Positions 18,300 through 28,199 are shown, numbered from the stretch's first letter. The stretch: 40,604 bases of DNA from a virus (IMGVR_UViG_3300017774_001647:1-40604); one strand, 5' to 3'. Made by a program: numbers and translations. Notes: a model not told the origin generated them from the sequence alone.

Positions 18300-19430
18300 A
18301 TGATAAAAAGTACAGAAGAGTTCTCAAATTCTGTAAAAGAGTTACGTCAATCAGGTAAATCTATTTCAGAAATGACAAAGGCTTTGTACCCAACATTAGG
18401 GCAAAGCATGAAGTACGATTCCCTCAGAAGAAAAATAGGAAGGGAGTTACAAAGTTTTGACCACTCAGCATTATTTTCAGAATGCTCAAACGTTGGTATA
18501 AATCCAGATAGTGTTACTAACTATTGGTATAAGGGAAAACAATTTTCAATAAATGTAAGGCCTAATTCAAGTCAATTTGATCCTGAATCATTTATTGATG
18601 ATTTAGTATCCGAAGTAAAGAAGTGGGCTCCAGAATACAAGACTATCAAAAGGGATATTAATGTCGATGGTCATTGTTTTGTATTTGATCCTGCAGATGT
18701 TCACATTGGAAAATTAGCAAGTTCTTTTGAAACAGGAGAAGAGTATGACCAAGAGATAGCTATTAGTAGAGTTAAATTAGGATTGGAAGGTCTTCTCAAT
18801 AAAGCAAAGGGATTTAAGATTGATAAAATCATATTTGTAACGGGGAATGATATTTTACATATTGATACTCCAAAGAGAACTACCACTAGCGGTACTAATC
18901 AAGATACTGATGGGATGTGGTACGATAATTTTGTAAAAGCAAAAAGATTATTAGTAGATATTATAGAAACGTTAGTGACTATTGCGGATGTGCAAGTTGT
19001 GTATAATCCTAGTAATCATGACTTTATGAGTGGATTTATGCTTTTACAGGCAGTTGAAGCTTGGTTTAGGAATTGCTCTAATGTATCATTTAGTAATGAT
19101 ATGACTCATAGAAAGTATGTTAAATATGGTAAAAACTTGATAGGCACTACTCATATGGATGGAGCCAAAATTCAAGAATTACCTTTGTTGATGGCTCACG
19201 AATCAAGTCAATATTGGCATGAATGTAAGCATAGGTATATTTATGGGCACCATGTCCATCATAAAATTAGTAAAGATTATATGAGTGTCAATGTTGAAAC
19301 ACTTAGATCACCTAGTTCCGCTGATGGATGGCATCATAGAAATGGATATCAGCATGCCCCTAAAGCGGTTGAAGGATACATCCACCACCCAGAGCATGGA
19401 CAAGTTGCGAGACTCACTCATATTTTTTAA
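18300..19430 (+). CDS. Calcineurin-like metallophosphoesterase with N-terminal HTH-like region
   Basis: ADVHIG, GNDILH, SNHD, THMD, GHHVHH. N-terminus LRQSGKSISEMTKAL is HTH-like. Confidence 0.8.
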   Translation: MIKSTEEFSNSVKELRQSGKSISEMTKALYPTLGQSMKYDSLRRKIGRELQSFDHSALFSECSNVGINPDSVTNYWYKGKQFSINVRPNSSQFDPESFIDDLVSEVKKWAPEYKTIKRDINVDGHCFVFDPADVHIGKLASSFETGEEYDQEIAISRVKLGLEGLLNKAKGFKIDKIIFVTGNDILHIDTPKRTTTSGTNQDTDGMWYDNFVKAKRLLVDIIETLVTIADVQVVYNPSNHDFMSGFMLLQAVEAWFRNCSNVSFSNDMTHRKYVKYGKNLIGTTHMDGAKIQELPLLMAHESSQYWHECKHRYIYGHHVHHKISKDYMSVNVETLRSPSSADGWHHRNGYQHAPKAVEGYIHHPEHGQVARLTHIF

Positions 19431-19467
19431 GAAGAAGGCACTATTTATTTTAAATAACATATTAACT

Positions 19468-19788
19468 ATGAAAAACTTCGACTTTAGAAACTTCCTATCT
19501 GAAAATAAACTAACATCAGATTCTAAGATTAATGAAATGCAGCCTAAACTAGATTTATCCCAAGTAGATATGGACTCTATAGACTTGGATGGTTTTGGCT
19601 CAGATTATCGTGACATTGATGGTGTATACATCGTATCCGCACAATTTTTAGATGGAAGAGAACTTAATGATGATGAGCTAGAGGAGTTACAAGACCAAAT
19701 ATCAGATGAAATTTACGATAGGGCAATGGAGTATTCATTTAGTAGAGCCGAAGACATGTATGATGATTCTAAATATGACGGCTCTTAA
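19468..19788 (+). CDS. Highly acidic small protein with class-2 leader (start corrected to 19468)
   Basis: TATTTAT at 19442-48, then MKNFDFRNFLSENKLT..INE and a D/E-rich body. Confidence 0.65.
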   Translation: MKNFDFRNFLSENKLTSDSKINEMQPKLDLSQVDMDSIDLDGFGSDYRDIDGVYIVSAQFLDGRELNDDELEELQDQISDEIYDRAMEYSFSRAEDMYDDSKYDGS

Positions 19789-19844
19789 GAATCAATTTAA
19801 AATTAGTTAATTTGTAACATCTCCTTGGGTAGCCCCCTTGGACT

Positions 19845-19875
19845 GACTCCGTAGAAATACGGAGTTTCTTTTTTT
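19845..19875 (+). terminator. Intrinsic terminator
   Basis: GACTCCGTA-GAAA-TACGGAGTT followed by TCTTTTTTT. Confidence 0.85.
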
Positions 19876-19880
19876 AACTA

Positions 19881-19887
19881 TATTTAT
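19881..19887 (+). promoter_or_regulatory. TATTTAT putative late-promoter motif for terL
   Basis: Just downstream of the terminator, 16 nt before ATG 19904. Confidence 0.55.
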
Positions 19888-19903
19888 CTAAAAAGAGTTA
19901 TAT

Positions 19904-21475
19904 ATGAATCAAGACCTAAAGCAGATAGTAGCACAGGAGTACATAAAGTGTGCGAAAGATCCTGCGTACTTCATGAGGAAGTATTGTTATATACAGCATC
20001 CAAAAAGGGGTAGAATTTTATTTAATTTATTTCCTTTTCAAGAGGATGTATTACATCTATTTAAGGATAATCAATATCTAATAACATTAAAATCAAGGCA
20101 GTTAGGCATCTCAACATTGGCGGCTGGATATTCTTTGTGGTTAATGTTGTTTCATAAGGATAAGAACGTTTTAGCATTAGCTACTACTCAAGAGACTGCT
20201 AGAAACTTAGTATCTAAAGTAATTTTTATGTATGAGGAGTTGCCTAAGTGGTTACAACTTCCTACAACAGAACACAATAAGTTATCCCTTAGATTAAAAA
20301 ATGGTTCTAGAATAAAAGCTAAATCCTCTAATACGGATGCTGCACGATCTGAAGCAGTATCTTTATTGTTAATAGATGAGGCAGCATTTATTGAAAACAT
20401 TGAAGAAACCTTTACTGCAGCGCAGCAAACGCTTGCAACAGGTGGGCAATGTTTAGCACTTAGTACTCCGAATGGAGTTGGTAACTGGTTTCATAAAACA
20501 TGGGTAGCATCTCAGGCTAGAGAAAACTCTTTTCTTCCTGTTCATTTACCTTGGACGGTTCACCCAGAAAGAAATCAGGATTGGAGGGATCAACAAGATA
20601 GAGATTTGGGCCCTAGGGCGGCTGCTCAAGAATGTGATTGCGATTTCCTTTCATCCGGAGATACAGTTATAGAACCTGAATATTTAACTTTCTATGAACA
20701 AACCTATCAATCAGAGCCGCTTGATAGACGTGGAATTGATGGTACTTTGTGGGTATGGGAGTATCCAGATTATCAAAAATCATATATGGTTGTAGCTGAC
20801 GTTGCTAGAGGAGACGGAGCTGATTTTTCTACGTTTCATATATTGGATATAGAGGCATGTTCTCAAGTAGCTGAATTTAAAAGCAAGATACAGCCTAGAG
20901 ATTTTGGTAATGTATTGGTTGGGATAGCCGCAGAGTATAATGACGCACTACTAGTAGTAGAAAACGCAAACATAGGATGGGCAACAATTGAGCAGGTATT
21001 AGAAAGGGGTTATAAAAATTTGTATTATAGTACTAAATCAGATCAGGAAACGGTGGAGTCCTATATGTCAAAGCATGAAAGGGCACAGTTGGTTCCTGGA
21101 TTTTCTATGACCTCTAGGACTCGACCATTAGTTATTGCAAAATTATGTGAGTATATTAGAGATAAGTCCTGCACAATAAGGTCTAAAAGATTATTAACTG
21201 AATTAAGAGTTTTTATTTGGAAGAACGGAAAGGGACAGGCTCAGTCGGGATACAATGATGATTTGGTAACTTCATTTGCTACTGGATTATATGTTAGAGA
21301 CACCGCATTGAGGTTGCATCAACAAGGAATGGATTTAACTAGGGCACAAATGCAAACATTCTTAAACACAAATACTAGGGCCCCAGGCATTAAATCAGTA
21401 GGATATATGAAAAATAATCCGTATACTTTACAAACATCTCAGGGCGATCATGATATTAGTTGGTTGTTAAAATAA
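19904..21475 (+). CDS. terL: Terminase large subunit (T4 gp17-like)
   Basis: Walker A KSRQLGIST, Walker B LLLIDEAAF, STPNG, nuclease VADVARGDGADFS and NDDLV. Confidence 0.95.
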   Translation: MNQDLKQIVAQEYIKCAKDPAYFMRKYCYIQHPKRGRILFNLFPFQEDVLHLFKDNQYLITLKSRQLGISTLAAGYSLWLMLFHKDKNVLALATTQETARNLVSKVIFMYEELPKWLQLPTTEHNKLSLRLKNGSRIKAKSSNTDAARSEAVSLLLIDEAAFIENIEETFTAAQQTLATGGQCLALSTPNGVGNWFHKTWVASQARENSFLPVHLPWTVHPERNQDWRDQQDRDLGPRAAAQECDCDFLSSGDTVIEPEYLTFYEQTYQSEPLDRRGIDGTLWVWEYPDYQKSYMVVADVARGDGADFSTFHILDIEACSQVAEFKSKIQPRDFGNVLVGIAAEYNDALLVVENANIGWATIEQVLERGYKNLYYSTKSDQETVESYMSKHERAQLVPGFSMTSRTRPLVIAKLCEYIRDKSCTIRSKRLLTELRVFIWKNGKGQAQSGYNDDLVTSFATGLYVRDTALRLHQQGMDLTRAQMQTFLNTNTRAPGIKSVGYMKNNPYTLQTSQGDHDISWLLK

Positions 21476-21483
21476 GAGACTAA

Positions 21484-21491
21484 TATTTATA
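21484..21491 (+). promoter_or_regulatory. TATTTATA putative late-promoter motif for portal
   Basis: Intergenic, 20 nt before ATG 21512. Confidence 0.55.
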
Positions 21492-21511
21492 CTAAATAAT
21501 ACCACTACAAA

Positions 21512-23329
21512 ATGGCAGATACTTCTGTATTTTCAAAACTAAGGAGACTCTTCAGCTCAGACGTAATCATACGTAATGTTGGGGGAAATGAATTAAAAGT
21601 AACGGATATAAACAAAATCCAGAGCTCGGGTAAATTCCAAACGAATTCACTTATAGACAGGTTTACTAGACTATATCAGTATAATACTCTTAACAGCTTT
21701 AATCCTAATTTAAATTATCAAACCCTTAGAGCTCAGATTTATACTGACTATGAGGCAATGGATACTGATCCTATTATACATTCTGCATTGGATATATTGG
21801 CGGATGAGGCTACCTTGAAAAGTGATTTAGGTGAGATTATAACTATTAAATCTTCTGATGAGAATATTCAACGATCGCTTTCAAATTTATTTTATGATGT
21901 TTTAAATGTTGATTACAATCTATGGTCTTGGATTAGACAGACATGTAAATATGGTGATTTCTTTTTGAAATTAGAGATAGCCGAGAATTATGGTGTTTAT
22001 AATGCTATTCCATACACTGTATACCATGTAACTCGTCACGAAGGTGAGAATGAGGAGAGACCTACTGAGGTAATATTTAAGTTGAACATGCAGGGTATAG
22101 CATCTGCTGTTAATCAGAACTATACTATTAAAAGAGATAGCGATAGTATTATACATTTAGATAACTATGAGGTTGCTCACTTTAGACTACTGAGTGATAC
22201 TACATACTTACCATACGGTAGATCTTACTTGGAGGGAGCTAGAAAGGTGTACAAGCAGTTGACTCTTATGGAGGATGCTATGTTGATTCACCGTATTATG
22301 AGATCTCCTGAAAAAAGGACTTTCTTTATCAACGTAGGTTCTATTCCTCCGAATGAAGTAGAGCAGTTTATGCAACAAACCATAAACCAAATAAAGAAAG
22401 AGCCTTACGTAGATCCACAAACGGGCCAGTATAACTTGAGATTTAATCTCCAGAATATGATGGAGGATTTCTATATCCCAGTACGAGGTGGAGATACCTC
22501 TACTAGAATAGATACTACAAAAGGACTTGATTATGATGGTATTAGTGACGTTGAATATCTAAGAGATAAGATGTTCGCCGCTCTTAAAATACCTAAGGCC
22601 TATATGGGCTATGAGGGGGACCTATCAGGTAAGGCCACCTTAGCCGCTGAAGATATTAGATTTGCAAGAACGGTTGAAAGAATTCAGAGAATTATAGAAT
22701 CTGAGTTAACAAAAATTGCTTTAGTTCACTTGTATACACAAGGATTTAGAGGAGAGAGTTTAGTTAATTTTGAATTGATTCTAACTACTCCATCTACAAT
22801 ATACGAGCAAGAGAAAGTAGCTTTGTATAAGGAAAAAGTTGATTTGGCCAATCAGATGATTGCAACTAACTTATTCCCATCTGACTTTATATTTGAGCAA
22901 ATATTTAATTTGACTGAAGATAAATTCTTTGAGTTTAGAGATTTGGTTAAGGAAGATAAAAAACGTATGTTTAGACTTTCTCAGATTGAGAACGAAGGAA
23001 ATGACCCAGTTGAAAGTGGTAAATCTTTTGGTACTCCTCACGACTTAGCATCAATGTACGGTACAAGGGGTAATAATGTGCCTAAAGTGCCTACAGGATA
23101 TTCTGAAAAGAATCCAGAAGGCAGACCTAGGGTTCATCAATCTGTTATAGGAACACATGATGATCCATTGGGAGGTATAGATAGGATGGGTACAATGGAT
23201 ATGAAAAACCAATATAAGTCAGAAGAGGATAGATTAAATGAGAATAAAGTAAATTTATATAAGAAAAATGATACTTTAGAGTCTATTGAGATGCTCAATG
23301 AAAGCAATATTTTGGATTTAGATAACTAA
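21512..23329 (+). CDS. Portal protein (T4 gp20-like)
   Basis: GRSYLE, LMEDAMLIHRIMRSPEKRTFFINVG, MMEDFYIP, ALKIP, DIRF. Confidence 0.93.
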   Translation: MADTSVFSKLRRLFSSDVIIRNVGGNELKVTDINKIQSSGKFQTNSLIDRFTRLYQYNTLNSFNPNLNYQTLRAQIYTDYEAMDTDPIIHSALDILADEATLKSDLGEIITIKSSDENIQRSLSNLFYDVLNVDYNLWSWIRQTCKYGDFFLKLEIAENYGVYNAIPYTVYHVTRHEGENEERPTEVIFKLNMQGIASAVNQNYTIKRDSDSIIHLDNYEVAHFRLLSDTTYLPYGRSYLEGARKVYKQLTLMEDAMLIHRIMRSPEKRTFFINVGSIPPNEVEQFMQQTINQIKKEPYVDPQTGQYNLRFNLQNMMEDFYIPVRGGDTSTRIDTTKGLDYDGISDVEYLRDKMFAALKIPKAYMGYEGDLSGKATLAAEDIRFARTVERIQRIIESELTKIALVHLYTQGFRGESLVNFELILTTPSTIYEQEKVALYKEKVDLANQMIATNLFPSDFIFEQIFNLTEDKFFEFRDLVKEDKKRMFRLSQIENEGNDPVESGKSFGTPHDLASMYGTRGNNVPKVPTGYSEKNPEGRPRVHQSVIGTHDDPLGGIDRMGTMDMKNQYKSEEDRLNENKVNLYKKNDTLESIEMLNESNILDLDN

Positions 23330-23362
23330 TAACTATTTATATTTAAGCGAATACTATAGATA

Positions 23363-24220
23363 ATGAAGTATATAAAGCATAGTAAGTACAAGAACACTGG
23401 ATTAATATTTGAGCTTTTGGTAAGACAAATAGCTTCAGACACGATTTATAAGAAAGAATCCCCAGCTGTATCTATACTTAAGAAGTATTACAGTGATAAA
23501 TCCGCTCTTAGCAAAGAATATAAATTGTATGAGTTTGTTGAAAAACAGACTAAGTTAAATGCTACTAAGGCTGAAACAGTACTTACAACAGTACTTGAAA
23601 TGGCTAAGAGATTGAATCAGGATAAATTAAAGTCCACAAAATACGATTTAATAAAAGAGATTAAGGATAGTTACGATTTAGATGAGTTCTTTACTATAAA
23701 AGTAAACAATTACAAGACACATGCTGCGTTGTATTGCTTGATGGAGATTTCAATGTGTAATGATTTGATAGACCCTCAAGCTATAGTAGAAAATAAAACT
23801 ACAATACTAGAGCATTTAACAGGTACAGCAGTTAATCCATTAGCAGTTAGAGATAATCTTATAGAGGAGTATTCTAAATACGATAAGGATTTAAGACTTT
23901 TAACTTATAAGATTCTTTTAGAGAAGTTTAACAAGAGGTATATTAATTTATTGCCGGAGCAGAAAAACATTCTAAGACAATTTATACAATCTGTATCTTC
24001 TAGTAAGAAGCTTTACAATTTTGTAAATGAGGAGATGGTTAAGATAAAGTCTATTTTGCAAGAAAACCAAGATAGAGTAGTAGATCAAATTGTTAAGATT
24101 AAATTACAAGAGGTAATTAAAAGCATTAAGCCGGTTGATAAGTCTGAAAAAATTACAGATAGTCATCTTGTAAGTTTAATGCAATATTACGATCTTGTAT
24201 CAGAATTGAAAACTGTATGA
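23363..24220 (+). CDS. Helical head-assembly-region protein
   Basis: IKHSKYKNTGLIFELLVRQI. Directly after portal, with TATTTATA at 23334-41. Confidence 0.55.
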   Translation: MKYIKHSKYKNTGLIFELLVRQIASDTIYKKESPAVSILKKYYSDKSALSKEYKLYEFVEKQTKLNATKAETVLTTVLEMAKRLNQDKLKSTKYDLIKEIKDSYDLDEFFTIKVNNYKTHAALYCLMEISMCNDLIDPQAIVENKTTILEHLTGTAVNPLAVRDNLIEEYSKYDKDLRLLTYKILLEKFNKRYINLLPEQKNILRQFIQSVSSSKKLYNFVNEEMVKIKSILQENQDRVVDQIVKIKLQEVIKSIKPVDKSEKITDSHLVSLMQYYDLVSELKTV

Positions 24221-24471
24221 AAAAATCCCAAATAATTGAGTTAGTTAAACAGATTATGCAGGAGCAAAGTGCAACAGGAGGAGGAGTAGCAGGAGCGTCT
24301 TTTACCCCCGGGGTAGGTATGAATTATGCTACCCCATTTGCATTTAGTAAGAAAGGCGTTAAAAACAGAGCAACTAAGCATCAAGAAAAAATGGGATGGA
24401 CTGTTGTTAAACGAAAAAAAAGACCATATAGCACCAAACTTATAGATTATTTAGATGAGAACACTTACTGA
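24217..24471 (+). CDS. Small protein with leader
   Basis: MKKSQIIELVKQIMQE, then a Gly-rich YATPFAF segment and a basic tail. Confidence 0.6.
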   Translation: MKKSQIIELVKQIMQEQSATGGGVAGASFTPGVGMNYATPFAFSKKGVKNRATKHQEKMGWTVVKRKKRPYSTKLIDYLDENTY

Positions 24472-26452
24472 AAAATATAATGGAGTCCTTAAAGGGCTCT
24501 TTTCAAAGGATCAATTTTTAAGAGATGCTAGAATGGAGCAGTCCCATTTTATCACTCAGCATAACTCATATGGAGATGCTGTTAATATTCTTTTGAATAA
24601 AGGATTAATTTCTGAGGGTGAATTAAACAAATATGGTAAATTTGCCAAAGCAAAATCAGAAGCTATGAAACTTTCTAAAGAAGAAGGGAAGAAGAAGTAT
24701 GTAGAGCAGGGACCGGATGAAACCTTTATAGTATCTAATTCTTATGATGATAAAAAAACTATCGCATCTTTTGAGAATGGAAGATTTTTATCTGGAAAGG
24801 AAACACTTGACGAAATAGATATTACGGAAAAAATGGTTAATCCAGATCATACCGCTGCAGCAATTCCGTTGGAGGAAGTAATTACCCCTGAGGAGTTGGC
24901 ATACGCTAAGGAGCAAGAAAGACTACAAGCAAATCCAGAGAGAAAGGGGATAGAAGATGTACGTGCAATGCTTGATAAAGAGCGGTTTAAGCCTATGAAA
25001 TTCGATGATCCAGAACTAGATCAAGAATATCAAGAATGGTTAGATAGTGGATATGACGGACCTCTAGAAGAGGTAAACCTTGAAGAAGGCCCCGCTAGGA
25101 ACAATCCTAAAATTGAGAGGCTAGTTGCAGGTATTAATGATTTGATTGCTAAAGCAGTAGACTCAGACGGAGATCCAGTTGGAGTAATCGAACCAGGAAC
25201 TACTTGGGAAGAGCCATATATGTATTATCCAATCGAGTACAAAAACGGACAGTTAAAAATTACATCTCAAAGTTTATACAAAAATACTCCCGAGGTATAT
25301 ACTATTCTTTCAAGAAATATGGAGTATGAGGGAATACCTACTTTGAGATTAATCATGAGAATGTACAAGAAAGCTATTAAGCAAGCAGGTAGAATGTCAA
25401 GTCAGGATATTGAGGAGAAAAAGTTAACTGATGCAGAGAAGGCTGGAAAAGAAAAGATTGTAAAATCTTTAGCTAAGGCAGGCATGAGTAAAAAGGACCC
25501 AAAGACTTATGCAATAGCAACTACTCAAGCCAAAGAACTTTATGAAGGATTTGGAGAAGTTAATGATGCTTATTCAGATATTTTAGAGGTATATAAAAAG
25601 CACTATACTCAATTATCTAACATGAGTGAAGATGATGCTTATGCATTGCATGAATTACTAAAGTCATATTTCAATAGATTATTTGAAGGTGATAGTCAAG
25701 AATCATCTTCCAAAGTGAAAAAAGGAGATGTTTTGAAGCATCAACCTTCTGGGGTTGAGTTGGAAGTTACGCATGTAGATGAAAAATATATAAGAGGATT
25801 TATAAAATCTGCAGGTAAAGTTAAAGGCGTAGAGTTGGTAGTTGGTAAAATGGCACAATTAAAGCCTGTAGAATTGGGATCAGTATGGAATAAGGTTGTA
25901 GAATCCACACTTTCAGAAGCTACTGACGAATCTTTCGAAACATACACAGATGCATCAGCAGTAGCAAGGAGGTTGAGTAGAATTGAAGAGGGTAAAGTTT
26001 ATATATTTGAAGTAGAAAAAACAATACAAGAATATATTATATCTAAAGAACCAATTGCTGGCGCAGAACTTGCAGGTGTATTTCTTGATGGAATGCCTGT
26101 GGTTGATAATACTTTACAGGAGGCAAAAGAAGAGGGATACGAATCCCCTAAACCTGAATTGCCACTAGATGTATTACATCATGGTATTCGATTTGAATTG
26201 GATAAAAAAGAAATAGGAAATACCCCTACAAAAGAGGAGTACTTGAAAGCATATAAAGCTGCCACTAAAAATCTTGAAAAGGATTTGCTTCATTACAAAA
26301 GAGAAGAGGGCGCTGAGGATGCACCAGTATCTAAAAGTGATGAGATGGTTAAAGTTAAGTTAAAGGAAAGCTTTAAGAAAATTATTAGAAATATTCTTTC
26401 TGAGAATGAATCTGATAAGAAGGCTTTTAACCTAAATGGAAAAGTAATATGA
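24455..26452 (+). CDS. Large multi-module prohead core/internal head protein
   Basis: 665 aa, charged, immediately upstream of the protease. More than 12 [L/I/V]-x-E sites separate dissimilar segments. Confidence 0.6.
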   Translation: MRTLTEKYNGVLKGLFSKDQFLRDARMEQSHFITQHNSYGDAVNILLNKGLISEGELNKYGKFAKAKSEAMKLSKEEGKKKYVEQGPDETFIVSNSYDDKKTIASFENGRFLSGKETLDEIDITEKMVNPDHTAAAIPLEEVITPEELAYAKEQERLQANPERKGIEDVRAMLDKERFKPMKFDDPELDQEYQEWLDSGYDGPLEEVNLEEGPARNNPKIERLVAGINDLIAKAVDSDGDPVGVIEPGTTWEEPYMYYPIEYKNGQLKITSQSLYKNTPEVYTILSRNMEYEGIPTLRLIMRMYKKAIKQAGRMSSQDIEEKKLTDAEKAGKEKIVKSLAKAGMSKKDPKTYAIATTQAKELYEGFGEVNDAYSDILEVYKKHYTQLSNMSEDDAYALHELLKSYFNRLFEGDSQESSSKVKKGDVLKHQPSGVELEVTHVDEKYIRGFIKSAGKVKGVELVVGKMAQLKPVELGSVWNKVVESTLSEATDESFETYTDASAVARRLSRIEEGKVYIFEVEKTIQEYIISKEPIAGAELAGVFLDGMPVVDNTLQEAKEEGYESPKPELPLDVLHHGIRFELDKKEIGNTPTKEEYLKAYKAATKNLEKDLLHYKREEGAEDAPVSKSDEMVKVKLKESFKKIIRNILSENESDKKAFNLNGKVI

Positions 26453-27027
26453 ATAATCTATTAATAGATGTACAATCTTTCAAACCAATACTAAAAGAGT
26501 CTAAAGAAAGACCTGGGGTATTTGAGGTTGAGGGAGTGTTACAACGAGCGGGAGCTAAGAATCAAAACGGTAGAGTTTATGATAAGTCTCTTTTGAAAAG
26601 AGAAGTAGACAAGTATGTAAATGAGTTCGTACAGGTTGGAAATGCTTTCGGTGAGTTAGATCATCCGGAGTCTGCCATAGTATCCCTTAAGAATGCATCT
26701 CATGTAGTTAAATCACTATGGTGGAATGGAGATGACTTGATGGGAAAGATTGAGTTACTCAATACCCCATCAGGAAATATTGTAAAAGAAATTGTTAAAG
26801 CGGGACATACAATTGGTATTTCATCTAGAGGAACAGGATCAGTAAAACAGACAAACGAAGGTACTTTAATGGTACAATCGGATTTTGAATTGGTAGCGTG
26901 GGATTTTGTATCTAACCCTTCTACTCATGGTGCTTTTATGAGACCTACAACTATTAATGAGGGTAAAGATGCATACGATAAGTATATTAAACTAGACTCT
27001 ATCTTGAATAATATTTTAAGATCGTAA
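26449..27027 (+). CDS. Prohead core protease (T4 gp21-like)
   Basis: KNQNGRVY, GELDHP, LNTPSG, IGISSRGTGS, WDFVSNPST. Confidence 0.93.
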   Translation: MNNLLIDVQSFKPILKESKERPGVFEVEGVLQRAGAKNQNGRVYDKSLLKREVDKYVNEFVQVGNAFGELDHPESAIVSLKNASHVVKSLWWNGDDLMGKIELLNTPSGNIVKEIVKAGHTIGISSRGTGSVKQTNEGTLMVQSDFELVAWDFVSNPSTHGAFMRPTTINEGKDAYDKYIKLDSILNNILRS

Positions 27028-27398
27028 TGAAGCTAATACCTATATTAATATCTACTGTAAATGAGGAAATATTATTAGAAGATTTATCTAATAAAGAAGA
27101 GAGAGAATTAAATATTTCTAAAGCAATAGAGAAAACATTAACTGTTGCTAAAGAAGAAGGGCTACATAGGGGAATGTTACACTATTCAATGTTTGTTAGT
27201 TCAGCACCTAAAAAAAGAATTCGGACTAATATGGGTAATACCTATACACCAGCAGGACAAGTGACTGAACCTAATGATAGCTATAGAAAGGAAATGACAG
27301 TATGGAAGAATACTAAATTATTTCCATTCTTTATGGAGAATGGGTATACTAAAGAACAGCTAACAGATGCTTTTAATAAATCAGTGTTTGTAAAATAA
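27027..27398 (+). CDS. Hypothetical protein with leader
   Basis: MKLIPILISTVNEEILLE; TAATG coupling. Confidence 0.55.
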   Translation: MKLIPILISTVNEEILLEDLSNKEERELNISKAIEKTLTVAKEEGLHRGMLHYSMFVSSAPKKRIRTNMGNTYTPAGQVTEPNDSYRKEMTVWKNTKLFPFFMENGYTKEQLTDAFNKSVFVK

Positions 27399-27416
27399 AC
27401 TAAATCAAAATAAAAA

Positions 27417-28199
27417 ATGAAAAAATTTAATTTAACAAATTTTCTAGTAGAAAATAAGCTTACTAGATTGGGAAGATTATCAGAAGGATATATGGGTACG
27501 GAATATGAATCCTCTGAAGACATGGCCGTAGATATGGCTAAAAAGGGGGTTTACGAAGAGGAATCTGAAGTAGAAGAGGATTATTCCAAATATGGCAGTG
27601 TAGAGGAGCTAATGAAGCAAATCGAGACTAGTACCAACGAAGCCGCTATGAAGCACAAGATGGAGCGAGTTAAGAAGGCTTATGAGTCTTTGGAATCGAC
27701 TGCAACATCTTTGGAGGAAGGAGAACATTCAAGCTACATATCTCCAGCTAAGTTGAAAGAAATGAAGACTTCTGCAAAGAAGCTTAGAATGATGCATGAG
27801 AAACTTGTTAAGGATTACGATAAAAAGTATATGTCAAAAAAAAAAGTTGAGTTAAAGGAATCTTTAGATGAGAATGAAGGGGTAAAAAAGCCTTTATCTC
27901 AATTAACTTTTGCAGACGTAGTATCAGCCTTCCCTAGTATTGGACAAATGAGCACTACTGGATTTAAAACAAGAGTAGGAGTAAATTTCCCTAATGCAGA
28001 CGATAGTGAAAACGTAGTGTATAGAGAGCAAGATTTTGAAAACTGGAAATCAGGATTAATGTCTCAAGTGCCTGATGCTACTATTGAACTTAATTCATTA
28101 GCCAACAAAGTAATAGTACATGGTGAAGAATATGCAACAAAGAGAGACTCTGCCATAGCTTCAAAACAATTATCAATGGATAGAATGTTTAAAAAATGA
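27417..28199 (+). CDS. Multi-module probable prohead core protein with class-2 leader
   Basis: MKKFNLTNFLVENKLT..LSE, then a coiled coil and a module after LKE/LDE. Confidence 0.6.
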   Translation: MKKFNLTNFLVENKLTRLGRLSEGYMGTEYESSEDMAVDMAKKGVYEEESEVEEDYSKYGSVEELMKQIETSTNEAAMKHKMERVKKAYESLESTATSLEEGEHSSYISPAKLKEMKTSAKKLRMMHEKLVKDYDKKYMSKKKVELKESLDENEGVKKPLSQLTFADVVSAFPSIGQMSTTGFKTRVGVNFPNADDSENVVYREQDFENWKSGLMSQVPDATIELNSLANKVIVHGEEYATKRDSAIASKQLSMDRMFKK

